In this document: piece by piece, positions 12,161-23,226 of the stretch
How the letters are laid out: the number at the start of each line of letters is the position of its first letter
Position numbering within the stretch: the first letter of the stretch is position 1
From: Cyanophora paradoxa CCMP329
Lineage: Eukaryota; Plantae; Glaucophyta
Direction of reading: 5' to 3'
Length of the DNA: 64,000 nucleotides
NCBI GenBank assembly: GCA_004431415.1
Contig: QPMI01000649.1
Coordinates: forward strand, 62,001 to 126,000
The notes under the pieces: model-generated
Told to the model about the DNA's origin: nothing
Seen by the model: the letters and a program-made list of their open reading frames with translations, nothing else
Databases searched by the model: none
Translations under genes and position numbers: made by a program

Positions 12161-15100
12161 ATGATGGCGGAGCGGCCGCTGGAAAGCAGCGAGCTGCTCC
12201 ACGACGCGGCACTGGGCATCGCCGACGACCTGCTGAAGGACCCGCTTGAATCCGACGCAGCGAAAGATGGGCAGATTGCGGCCGATCCGAACCTCGTCAA
12301 GGTACGCTCTATGCATCAGGCTAGCTCTTAGCTATCGTAGCTCTGCGCTGCGTCGCCCCAGCGGCTCTGTGGCCTCACTCGCTCGCAGACCGTCCGCGTG
12401 TTGCGGCGGGAGCTGCAGGAGGACCGGAGGCCTGGAACTGGCCGCGAAACAACCAAGAGGCCCATATCATTCGAGCTGAAGTGCGCCCTCGGCCGCCGGC
12501 GAGTTTCGTGCCTGACCGGTCAAACTTTCAGCCGCAAAGCCTCGGGCGTTGCGCCATTGCCGGCTCTTCCAGCTGCAGATGGCATGGATGACATTGAATC
12601 GTACTTTGGGGCCGAAGGAGGTGCGCGGACGAGAGCCCACCAGCTCTTTTTGAACTCCCAACTCACCGGATCTCCCGCGCTGCGGCCGCAGCCTCTGAGG
12701 GGCGCGCCACGGCCTCGGTCGGGGCCCCATCCGAACAAGAACCGGATTTGGAGGTGGAAATCAACGAGCAGAGCGGTGCGCGGGACTGATTCTGTGTCGG
12801 GCTGCGGAGCGCCTAGCTAAGCCCAGCGCTGACGCTGCTCGCCGCGCCGCCGCTCGCAGAGGCCGGAGAGCGTGCCAGCACCGTCGCGCCGTCCGAATCC
12901 GAGCCGCGCACGAGGTCCGCGGCCCGGGCGGGCCGCCCCCGTGCTTTCGCGCCACGCCCTGACCGGCGCCTCGCAGCGCCGCGCCCAGGACTTCGCACGC
13001 CACGAGCGCGATCCGGAGCAGCGCGGCCGCGCCGTCGGAGCGGTCCTCGGTGCGGGCGTCGGACGCGGAGTCGTTCGAGTTCCGGGAGGAGCCGCCGGAG
13101 GACTGGCGCGGGAGCGAGGCGACGGCGACGTCGCCCGTGGGCGACTCGACGCTCAACATACACTCGCCGCGCGCCAGGGGCTACTCCTCCTCCGCCTCGG
13201 TGGCCGCCGCGGCGATCGAGGCGGCCGCGGGGGCCGGCGGCGGCGAGGCCAGCAGCAGCAGCAGCAGCGGGGCCGGCGCCATCGCAGCCGTCGGCGAGGC
13301 GGAGGCGGTGACGCCGGCCGCATCGCGCGGGCGCTGCGGCCGGGGGCGTACATGGGTGCCGGCCTGCCGCTGGCGCTGTTCGGCGCCGGCCAGTTCGCGC
13401 CGCAAAGCTCGGCGATCAAGACGGTGCTGCCGCGGCCCGCGGAGGACGGGCCCGTCGCCGAGGCGCCGCTGGAGCTGCCGGAGGGGGCCGAGGGCGTCCC
13501 GCCCACCCCGCCGCCCGCGCACGCCAACGCCGGCGCCGCCGAGGCGCCCGAGACGCCGGCGCCCGCCGGCATCTCGGCGCCGGCGGGCCCGGACGCCCGC
13601 GGGCGCGTCTCCGTGGGCGTCAGCTGCCCGACGCCCAGCGGGCACCTGCCGGGGATCGCGGAGGGCGTGGACTCGCCCCGCACGCCCATCGATCCGGCGT
13701 ACGCGGAGCGGAGGCAGCGGGCGGGGCTGGCCGGCATGCTCCCCGACGCGCCCCGCCCCGATGTCATGGGCCTCCTCAAGGCCCACCGCCTCCCGGGCGA
13801 CCCGACGCCCCAGCCGATCCGCTTCCCGCACCGGCCCGAGGAGGCCAGCGCGCCGCAGACGCCGGCGCGCCCGACCGACGAGCAGTTGGCCCGCGCGCGC
13901 GTCGCCGACCGGCTCCAGGCCGACTCCTCCCTCCACCACTCCACCCCGGCCTCCAAGGCCGCCCCGCCCCTCTCCGCCACCCCCGTCGCCCTCGGCCGCG
14001 GCCCCGGCGGCCCCGGCGGCCCCGGTGGCGCCGGTCGGGCGCGTGGGCGCCCGCGCGCTGCCCGGCCCGCCCCGGCCGCCGCCTCCTCGTCGTCAGGGCC
14101 GCCGGCCCCTCGGCCCAGTTCCGCAAGCCCGCGCCCCGAGCCCCGCCCGCGCCGCCTCCTCCTCGGCGCCCGCCCCCGCCGCCAGCCCCGTCCGCGCCCT
14201 CCCGGCCCGGCGCCCTCCCCCGCCCGCCCCGCCCCGCCATCTCGGGATCCCCGGCCCGTGCAGTCGCCGGCTCCCCCGCCCGCCCCGCGGTCGTCGCGGT
14301 GCAGCACCGGCGCAACGCGGCGCCGGCGCTGGCGCCGCCGACGCCGCCGGCGGCCGCCGGCCGCGCCTCCGTCGCGGCGTCGGAGGACGGGGGGACGCCC
14401 TCGCCATGCTGGGGCGCTACGGCACGCCGGCCGGCACGCCGGCCTCCGGCGCCCCGCGGCGACGCACCTCGCCCCGCTTCCGCTCCGAGCGCACGCCGGA
14501 CATCGACAACGGGCGCTCCAGTGCCGCGGACGAGGAGGAGGAGGAGGAGGAGGAGATCGTCTCGGTCGACGTGGACGCGGGGGGCCCGGAGGCGGCCGAG
14601 AGCCCCGCGCCGCCCCCGGCCCCGGCCCCGGCGCTCGTCGGCGGCTACGACGACGACTCGGACGACGGCGGCGGCGCCGTCGGCGGCGGCTTCGACGACG
14701 GAGACGACGAGGAGGAGGCGGGGGCGCGCCCGAGGCCTCGTCCCCGAGCCGTCGCCGGCGCCGTCCCGCGCGCCCCGTCCTCCGGCCGCCGCCGCCGCCG
14801 CGCCAGCAGCGAGCCGCCGCCCCGCCGGTGCGCCGCGCCTGCCCCTGCCCATGCTCGGCAGCTGAGCCCGGCCCCGCAGGACCCTCAGGACGAGGAGGAG
14901 GAGACTCTCGTCGCGTCGCCGCGCCCCGCGCCGGCGCCGCCCGTGCCTCGTGCGCACCCCCGCCTCGCGTCCGCCCGGCTTGGGCCGCCCGGGCCGAGCG
15001 GCCGGCGCGCAGGCCGGCGCGCGTCTCGGCGGGGGCGCAGACGACGCCGGCGCTCGAGCAGCCGAAGCGGAGGGGGCGGCAGCAGCCGGCGAAGCGGAAG

Positions 15101-17210
15101 GACTCGGCGCCCGCGCCCCCGGCGGCCCCGATGGGCCCCGTCGAGTCCAAGCACGTCGACGGTGCGCGCGCGCCCCTCCCGCCCGCTGGCCCCGTCTCGG
15201 GCCCGGGGCTCACGCGGGCGCAGCGGTGGGGATCCGGCACAGCACGCGCATGCGGATGCCCCCGCTCAAGTTCTGGAAGGCCGGCGAGAAGGTCGTCTAC
15301 CAGCGCCCCGCCGACGCCCGTGCGCCCTCCTCCCACCCTCCTCCTCCTCCTTCGTCGTCGTTGCGAGCCCGTGTCTTCGCAGCGCTCCCCGTGATCGTGG
15401 ACATCACGACGGCGCCGCCGACGGAGAGCGGCCACCGCGCCAAGCCTCGGCTGGGCGCCGTGGGCCCCAAGCTGCTCCCGGCCCCGGGCGTGGCGGCCTC
15501 GCCGGGCGACCCGTACGACGGGGAGGCGACGTACAGCCCCATGACCGCCCAGCGCCTCCGCATGTCCAGCGTCTCCGCCCGCTCCTCGCTCCCCGCGCCC
15601 CCCGCCCCCGCCCCCGCGCCCAAGTCCCCGGCCGCCGCCGCCGCCCGCGCCAAGGGCAAGGAGCCTGTGCGGCGCGCCTCGCCCCCGCGGGCCGCCGACT
15701 CGCCGCCCAAGCCCAGGCCGCGCACGCCGGCCGTCGCCGGCCCCTCCCACGCCTCCAAGCGCCCCCGGGACGAGGAGGAGGAGGAGGAGGAGGAGGAGGA
15801 GGCTCGCCCCGCGAAGTCTGCCGCCAAGGGCCGCAAGGCGGGCGCGAGCGGCGCGCCCAAGGCCGCCGGCCGCGGGCGGAGGCGCATCGTCGAGGACGAC
15901 GAGGACGAGGGCGCCGAGGAGCCGGCGATCAAAGAGGAGGAGGAGGAGGAGGACGGCAAGCGGGCGCGGAAGAGCGCGAAGAAGGCGGGCGGGGAGGATG
16001 CCGCCGCCAAGAAGCGCGGCCGGCCTTCCAAGGACAAGGCGGGGGCGGCGCCGCCCGCAGCAGCCGCCGCCGCGCGCAAGCGGCCGTCCAAAGACGACGA
16101 CGAGGAGGAGGAGGAGGAGGAGGCGCCCGCGGTGGCCCCGGCCAAGGCCAAGGCGAAGGGCGCCAAGTCCCCCTCCAGGCCCGGCAAGTCGCCCGCGAAG
16201 AAGGCCCCGGCCAAGTCCCCGGCAAAGGCCCCGGCCAAGTCTCCGGCCAAGCCGCCCGCGGCGAAGCCGGCGGCGAAGCCGGCGGCGAAGCCGGCGGCAA
16301 AGCCCGCAGCGAAGCAGGCGGCCAAGTCCCCAAAGCCCGCCAAGCGCGCGAAGGTGCGAGAAAGCGAGCCGGCCGCTCGTCGTCTCGCTCGCCGGTGGCG
16401 AAGGGGGCGCAGGTGGCCGCGAAGGAGGACAGCGAGGAGGAGGAGCGCACGTGGACGGATTCTGACGAGGAGGCGGAGGGGAAGCACAGGGGCAAGCGGG
16501 CCGCGCGGCCCGCGCGCCGGCCGGCGCCGCCCCGGGACGAGGAGGAGGAGGAAGAGGAGGAGAGGGACGAGCGGCAGGCGTCGCCGCCGCCGCCGCCGCC
16601 GCCGCCGGCGCGTCGGGCCGCCTCCGCAAAGAAAGCCGAGTCCGCCGCCGCGGCGGCGAAGCGGGCCGCCGACGCGGCCGCCATGCCCCGCCCCGCCGCC
16701 GCCGCCCGCAAGTCGCCCGTGCGCCCCCGCCCCCGCCGCCCCTCGGCGCCGCTCTGTCTGAGGCGCGGGGCGGGCGGCGCAGGGCGCGTCGAGGAGGCAG
16801 CAGGGCTCCTCCCCGAAGGCGGCCAAGCCCAAGCCGAAGGAGAAGGAGCGCAAGCGCGGCAAGGCGCGCCCCCCCTCTCTCTCCTTCCCTTAATTCCTTC
16901 CCTTAGCCTCGCCCCGGCCGCCCCTGACGCCCTCCGTAGAGCGCGGCGCTGTCGGACGAGGAGCAGCCGCCGGCTGCGGCGGCGAAGAAGGCGCCCGCCC
17001 GCCCCGCCTCCGACGACGACGACTCCGACGACGACGACCTCGACGTGCCCCTCGAGGGTCCGCCCCGTACCCCCCTTCCACTTCGACGTACCCGTCCCGT
17101 CCCGACGCGGCGGGGCGCGCGCAGAGCGGATCGTGAAGATGAGCCAGGGCTTCTTCAAGAAGCCCGGCCCCGCCGGCGCCTCGTTCCTCGCCTCCGGGTC
17201 CCGCCGCTGA
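12161..17210 (+). CDS. CENPC: CENP-C (Mif2)-like inner kinetochore protein with Lys/Ala/Pro-rich C-terminal tail
   Basis: Exon from 15224 encodes VGIRHSTRMRMPPLKFWKAGEKVVY, fitting the CENP-C motif (RxSxRxxxxPLxYW..GE...Y). N-terminal DRRPGTGR...KRPISF and RKASG...DGMDDIESYF segments are present. The rest is long and disordered, with AT-hook-like KKRGRPSK and AKSP/AKPA repeats. Confidence 0.72.
16140..16352 (+). repeat. Coding AKSP/AKPA repeats (histone H1 tail-like)
   Basis: AKAKAKGAKSPSRPGKSPAKKAPAKSPAKAPAKSPAKPPAAKPAAKPAAKPAAKPAAKQAAKSPKPAKRAK; 12-bp GCGAAGCCGGCG units. Confidence 0.85.
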
Positions 17211-17569
17211 AGCCGAAGCCGACGCGTACCCCCCACGACGCGCCCCGAGCTGACAGCATCCCCCCCTCTGTACAGGCTAGATCTAGCCCCTCGCCCGCGC
17301 TGCCCTCCGATCCCGTCCCGTCCCGTCCCTCGCCATGCAGATTTTACGGTTGAATTTCATGCGTTTTACGGCGACCCCGCTTGCAATTGCAACACGCGCC
17401 CGGGCTCACATGTACACATCACGTTGCTTGAAACGCACAAGCACTGGAAGAAGCTTACAGCTGCCACAAGTTACGCTACCTGATCGGCGACAAAAAGCAT
17501 CGGCAGGACGCCGGGTGTAATAAAGAAGGGGAAAAAGAAGTCGCCGCCCCAAAGACACGAAAATAAACA

Positions 17570-20500
17570 TCACAGGACGAACGGGGCCGCGCCGCGCAAA
17601 AGCACGCGGCGGGCCCCCTGCATGAGCTCCTCGAGCTCGGGTGCGGGCCCGCGGGGCCCGTCAGAGGGGCCGGAGGGGCAGGGCGCGCGTGGGCAGGAAG
17701 CGGCAGGCCCCGCCCGAGAGGCCCCCGTGGTCGATACCTTGCACCGTGACGTTCTCCAGGGGGACCTGCCCCCGCCGGGGTGAACAGACGCCCCTGGACG
17801 GTTCGAAGGGAGGGGAGGGGGGCGAAGCGGACCTGGGGTACGACGTCGCGGACGACGCGGCGGAGGAGAACGGTCGCCGAGGCGGTGGCGGCGGCGGCGT
17901 CGCGGGGCACGCGACCCTCGCAATAGGGGCACGCGGCGCTCGCGCAGCGGAAGGCCGCCGCGCAGAGGTGCGGCGCCGCGGCCGCTGCCGCTGCCGAGGA
18001 CGAGGACGAGGGCGACGGCGGCGGGGCGGCCCCGGCGACGGCGGCGGGCCGGGGCCGGGGCCGGGGTGGCGGCGTCGGCGACGGCGTCGAGCCGGAAGCG
18101 GATGTGGCGGAGGCGGGGCAGGGCCGCAAGGGGCGCGAGGGCCTCCGGCGAGAGGGCCGCCCGCCCCAGCACCTCGAGGGACTCGAGCGAGGGGAAGAGC
18201 GCCGGGACGGCGCGCAGGTGGGCGGGCCCGGCGTAGCGCGGGAGCGAGAGGCGGGAGACGCGGGCGAGGGCGGCGCGGAGCTCCTCGGGCTCGCAGAAGG
18301 ACTCGACGTCGGCGCCGGCCCACGCCTCCGAGTCGTCGCCCCAGGCGAGCAGGCAGGGCGAGACGCGCGGGGAGTGCTCGAGGTGCACGGCGGCCGCCGA
18401 GGGCACGTGCGCCGCCGCCGAGAGGAGCGTCAGCGGGTGCTCGGCCCCCGGGAGCCGCAGGTCGCGCAGGTGCGGGCACGAGGCGGCCAGGGCGCGCAGC
18501 TCGCCGGGGGACTCGACGCGGGGCCCCGCCGTCTGGAGCTCCGAGGCGTCCAGGGCCTTCAGCGCCGGGCAGCGGGCCGTGAGGGGCCCCAGGAAGGGCC
18601 CCGGCGGGTAGTCGTTGCCGCGGACGCGGAGGGACTCGAGGGCGGGGCATGCGAGCTCGACGCGGACGCCGGCGTGCGCGCAGACGAAGCGGAGCGTCAG
18701 GCTCCGCAGCGTCGAGTGGCGCACGAGGATCGGCTCCCAGCGCGTCCGCTGCTCCCCCGGCGGCCGCCGCGCCGCCGCCGCCGCCCGCTGCGGCGACGGC
18801 AGCAGCGCTGCCGGGACGGGGATGGGCTCATCAGGGACGAGCGGCGGGGGCGCCGCCGGGGTGGCCTCGAGCGGGAGGGCGGAGGGGGCCGCGGGGTCGG
18901 CGGGAGGGGCACGGGCGCCGTGCCCTCGAGGGGCGGGCCGTGCAGGGCGAAGAAGGGGGCGGGAACAGGGCGCGCCGGCTCAGGGCCGTCCGCGGCCGCG
19001 CGGGCCGCCGCGGGTCCCGAACGTCGGGCCCCTCCGAGCGCGGGCCGCCCGGGTACAGGAGCGCGCCGGCGCCGGCCGGCGGCGTGGCCGCCGAGGAGGA
19101 GGACGACGAGGGCCCTGGGGCGCCGTCCTCGCCGGGGGGCGTACCCCCCCACGGCTCGCGGCCCCCCTCCTCGTCCTCCTCGACGAGAATGGCGTCCCCC
19201 TCCTCCGCAAGCTCCTCCTCCTCCTCGAGGGGCGCGTGGAGGCGGCCGGCGCGCACGCCCCACGCCCGCCACACCGCCGCCGCCGCCGCCGAGGACGATG
19301 GCATTGGCCCCGTCCGGGCGCCGAGCGCCCATCGGCACGGCGGCGGGCGCCGCGGCGGCTGCACCGCCGAGACGGGTACCGCGTCCGCCTCGCTGTAAAG
19401 GGGTACGCCGTCCCCGCGCTCCCCGGGAGGGCGCCGGCGCCGTCCTCCTCCTCCTCGTCACGCTCCGCCGCCGCCGCGTCGGCCTCCTCCGGGGGTACGC
19501 CGCCGCGGGGCGCGGCTCGTCGGCGACGCGCACGAGCTCGGCGAGCGCGCCGCGGCTGAGGCCGGCCGCGGCCGCCATGCGCTCGTCGTACTCGTACCCG
19601 CCGTCCTCCTCCTCCTCCTCGTCGCCCTCGCCCTCCGCCTCCTCCTCCTCCTCGTCCTCCTCGCCGTAGGCGTGGTGACCCTCGAGCCCGCCCTCGCCCT
19701 CGCCTTCGCCCTCGCCCTCGTCGCTCTCCTCGGCGATGCCCATCGCGTGGCTCATCTCCGGCGTCAGGCTCGCGAAGCCGACGCCGGCCGCGCCCGCGTG
19801 CGGGAGCAGCAGGAGCGGCCCGCCGGGCGCCGGAATCGCAAAGGCGGCGGCCGCGCCCGTGCGCCCGGGGCCCGCCATGAGGCCGACGTGAAGCGACTCC
19901 AGCTGCGGCGCGGGGCGGGGCGGGGCGCGGGTTCGGCTCCCGGCGGCGCAGCAACGGGAGGCGCGGCGGGCCGGCACCTCGGGGAGGAGCGTATCCATCG
20001 TCTCGAAGAACTCGTAGACGTCGTCCGTGATAGCCGAGAGATACACCTGCGCGCGCGCCCGCGCGGGTTCGAACCGGGCGAGGGCCGGGCGGCGCCCGCG
20101 CGGGGCGGGCCGCGGGCGAGGGCGGGCGGGCGGGCGGACCTCGAGCTGCCGGACGGGCAGAGTCTGCCGCCGGAAGAGCGAGAGAACCCGGGACACCATG
20201 AGCGCGGAGCTGAGCTCCAGCCGAATGTTGAGGATGCAGTTCTGCGCGGGTGCGATCAGCTGCCAGCGCAGGCGGAGCGCGCGACAAGGTCGACACAGTG
20301 CTCGCCTTGACCACGGAGCGGAAGCGCGTCGAGACCGCCACTGGACGCGCGCGGTCACCGGTGAGCGGCAAGCGGGGCGCGGCGGCGAACGTGCGGGGCC
20401 TTACTCAGATCGCCGAACGCAGGGTCCGTAATGTTCAGATTCAGGAACGAGAAGATCTGCGAGGAGGGCGTGGGCGGCGCGGCGGCGTGGCGCGGAGGGT

Positions 20501-20637
20501 CTCACGTGGGCGAGCAGGTTGTCATCTAGGAGGTCCATCGGCGACTCAAGATCGTCGTCTTCCGGGGAGAATATATCGGCCGTCGGAACGGCCGCCTCCT
20601 CTGTCTCATCCTGCTGTCCGGTCGTTGCCGTGTCCAC
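17570..20637 (-). CDS. F-box / LRR-like protein, multi-exon
   Basis: N-terminal PMDLLDDNLLAH/IFSFL...MAVSTRFRSVV (F-box). C-terminal repeats CPALESLRV, CPALKALDA, CPHLRDLRL, FPSLESLEV and LPRLRHIRF. Confidence 0.8.
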
Positions 20638-21734
20638 GGGATTGCTGAACTGGCAGTGAGTGCTGATCCGCCCGCCTTGCTGCCGCGGCGTGCTGGGAGT
20701 CGAGTTTGGCCCGTTTCCCCCTATCCCGCTGGCAAGGTCCGCGACCTGTAAGTGCAGTCCGAGTCAGAGGCTTGTCCTCTCTCGTTGCCGGAGGCCGCGC
20801 AGGGCTTGGAACGCACTGCTGGAGAGAGCACGATGAGAGGATGCGCCTCCTTGGCCTACGGGTGCGCGGAGGAACTCCGTTCAGGGGAGCCGCACGTCTC
20901 TGGGAGGGCGCAGCTCGCGCATGCAGCTTACCTCTGCATGGCCCACTTGCCGAGGCTCTACCGAGCCAAGCCCGGGGCTCTTCATCTGGGCCGGGCTCAC
21001 TTCGGCTCGCGTTGTACCCGAGTGCTCAAGTGAAGGCGTACCCCAAGAGTGGTTGACTTTGCGCCAGCGCGGCACCGGCGGCGCCGGCGCGGGCCGGGGG
21101 CCGCGCCGGGGGCCCCGGCGCGCACCGATCGCCGGTCGGCCGCGGGCAATGCCTGCTCGCCGAGGAGTCGGTTTGGCCAGCACTGCGGCAGCTGCATGCA
21201 GCGCTATCCGCTGAGCTAGCGCTCTGATGTAGGCGCTAGCGCTAGCCGGCCGGGCGCTTGAAGCGCGCGCTCGGCCGGCCGGGCGCTTGAAGCGCGCGCC
21301 AACGCGAGCACTTGCGCCCGGCCTTATAATTATATGTACACGCATATACGTACAACATGTACAAAGATATCGGTGCATGTGTGCGGTGCTAGAGCGGCTC
21401 GCGCTGGCTTCCATTCAAGTGGTTGCCTCTGATCCGGCCGCGGGCCGGCTAGGGCTGCGCATGCGCATATCATACTATGCATGCAGCTCGCCCGCGGCCG
21501 GCGCCGCGGCGGCCCCATGCCATGATGGCCATGACTTTCTGTCCTGGCCGCGGCCGCGCGCACTAGTACTCTCGTCCTGACCGCGGGCGATCAGGCAATG
21601 GCCCAGCTGCAGCTGGTCCTGTGCGTGTGTGCTACCGTCTCACTGACACCAAATGCACACAGCGCGCGCGGGGAGTGCGGGAGCGGCCGGCCCCTCGCCG
21701 CCAGCTGCGGCGCCGGCGCTCGCGCACGGTCCGG

Positions 21735-22928
21735 TCACCCGGCGCCGGGCTGCTCGTCGGCCTCGTCGGGCCCGTCGAGCTCGCCGCGGAGCGCCGCCTG
21801 CTGCGCCTGCAGCTCCCGCTCCCGCGCGTCCTCCTCCTCGATCGCCCGCTTGATCTGGATCCGCTCCTGCCCGGGCCCACGCCACCGCCCGTCAGCCGCA
21901 CAGTTTCAGAGCGAAGGAGCGAGGGTGCGGGCGGCCGGGGCCGGGCCCGGGGCCGGGGCGGGGCGGACCAGCACGGTCATCTCGCCGAGCTTGGCGTTCT
22001 GCGCGGCCTGCGCCGCGCGCTTCGTCTGCCGCCGCGCGTCCCGCAGCAGGAACCGCTTCAGGTCCTCCGCGCTCATCGTCTCGCCCTCGCCCGACCTGCC
22101 CGCCGCCCGGATCAAATTCTCGAGGAATTTAAGAAAAGCGGCGAATGAATGCGGACCGGTCGATGTAGTCGACGAGCTCGGGGACGAGCTTGGGGTCGAT
22201 GCCGAGCTCCTTGCTCTCCTTCAGCATGGTCGCCAGCGCGTGCGCGCCCACCCGGCCCTTCCGCTGCTGGTCGAAGAACATGAAGAGCTGCGCGGGGCGG
22301 GCGTCACACACTCGCCGGCGCCGGCGGGCCACGGGGCGCGGCCCGCGCGGGCCGGCGGGCGGGCGGGCGGGCGGGCGGGCCTGGTTGATGGCGTAGTTCG
22401 TGTGCCCTGAGGCCGTCTGCGTCGCGATGCTCTGCTCATGCACGCACTTGTCCATGACCTGGCGCCACCCCGCAAGGTCAAGAGGGGCAGCGGCAGGCGC
22501 GGCGGCCGGGCACGCGCGCGCGCGCGCACCTGGATCATCTGCTCGAGCGTGACCACGCCGTGCCTGGGGTCGCTGACCTGCTCGCGCGGGCGCCTCCGTC
22601 AGGGATCCAAAGCGGCGCCGGCGGGGCGCGCGGGGCGAACGCGTGTGAAGGCCATGAGCGAGTCGCGGTCGACGTGGAGCGCGAGCATCTTAAGGATCTT
22701 CGCCGCGAGCTGAAACGGGATCGCGTTGTCCTTGTCCACGTCCATGTAGCGCCAGATCTCCAGGAACTCCTGCCCCGACGCGCCAGGCCGTGAGCCACGG
22801 CGCGCGGCGAGCGCAGCGCCGGCGCCGGCACTTCGGCGGACCTTCTTCTGGTTCCTGGAGAGCCCTCGGCTGTTGTCATCGTCGTCGTCCTGAGCGAACT
22901 TCTTCGTTGGCGGAGCGAGGTTCGCCAT
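21735..22928 (-). CDS. Calmodulin/centrin-like protein with degenerate EF-hands and C-terminal coiled coil
   Basis: EFLEIWRYMDVDKDNAIPFQLAAKILKML, VSDPRHGVVTLEQMIQVM, LFMFFDQQRKGRVGAHALATML and LVDYIDRSGEGETMSAEDLKRFL show four-EF-hand spacing. Confidence 0.8.
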
Positions 22929-23226
22929 CTTAGCTCCGGTGCGCCAGGCGACCCGGTGGAGTGGCAAACCGCTTTCTTCAGCTCAAGGTGCGTCGTCGCG
23001 ATATTGAACGGGCTGACTCCGCTAGCTATGATGAAAAGAACGGGGGAGGCCGCGCGGGACTAGCTGTACTTTTCCAGGCGCGGATGGTCTAATCTGACGG
23101 AATAGCAGAGCGCAGGCTGCGCAGCACAGGCGCGTGCCGTGGACTAGCTTTGTGTTCTAAATCTGTGTACCCCGTTCGTCCCGATGTTCCTCTCCGACAG
23201 CCCGCCATGAGGAGACGCAGCGAACC

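Noticed and set aside
15224-15318. KNL2/M18BP1 assignment for the CENP-C motif
   Set aside because: No SANTA-like domain is recognisable and the N-terminal segments look more like CENP-C/Mif2. Not fully excluded.
12872-17236. Very long ORFs (1386 aa +, 1158 aa -, 840 aa +) as single-exon proteins
   Set aside because: They are Arg/Pro/Gly/Ala shadow frames caused by extreme GC. The real protein switches frame across GT/GC-AG introns.
20700-21050. Small plus-strand gene divergent from the F-box/LRR gene
   Set aside because: Splice-like signals exist but there is no convincing ORF or recognisable product.
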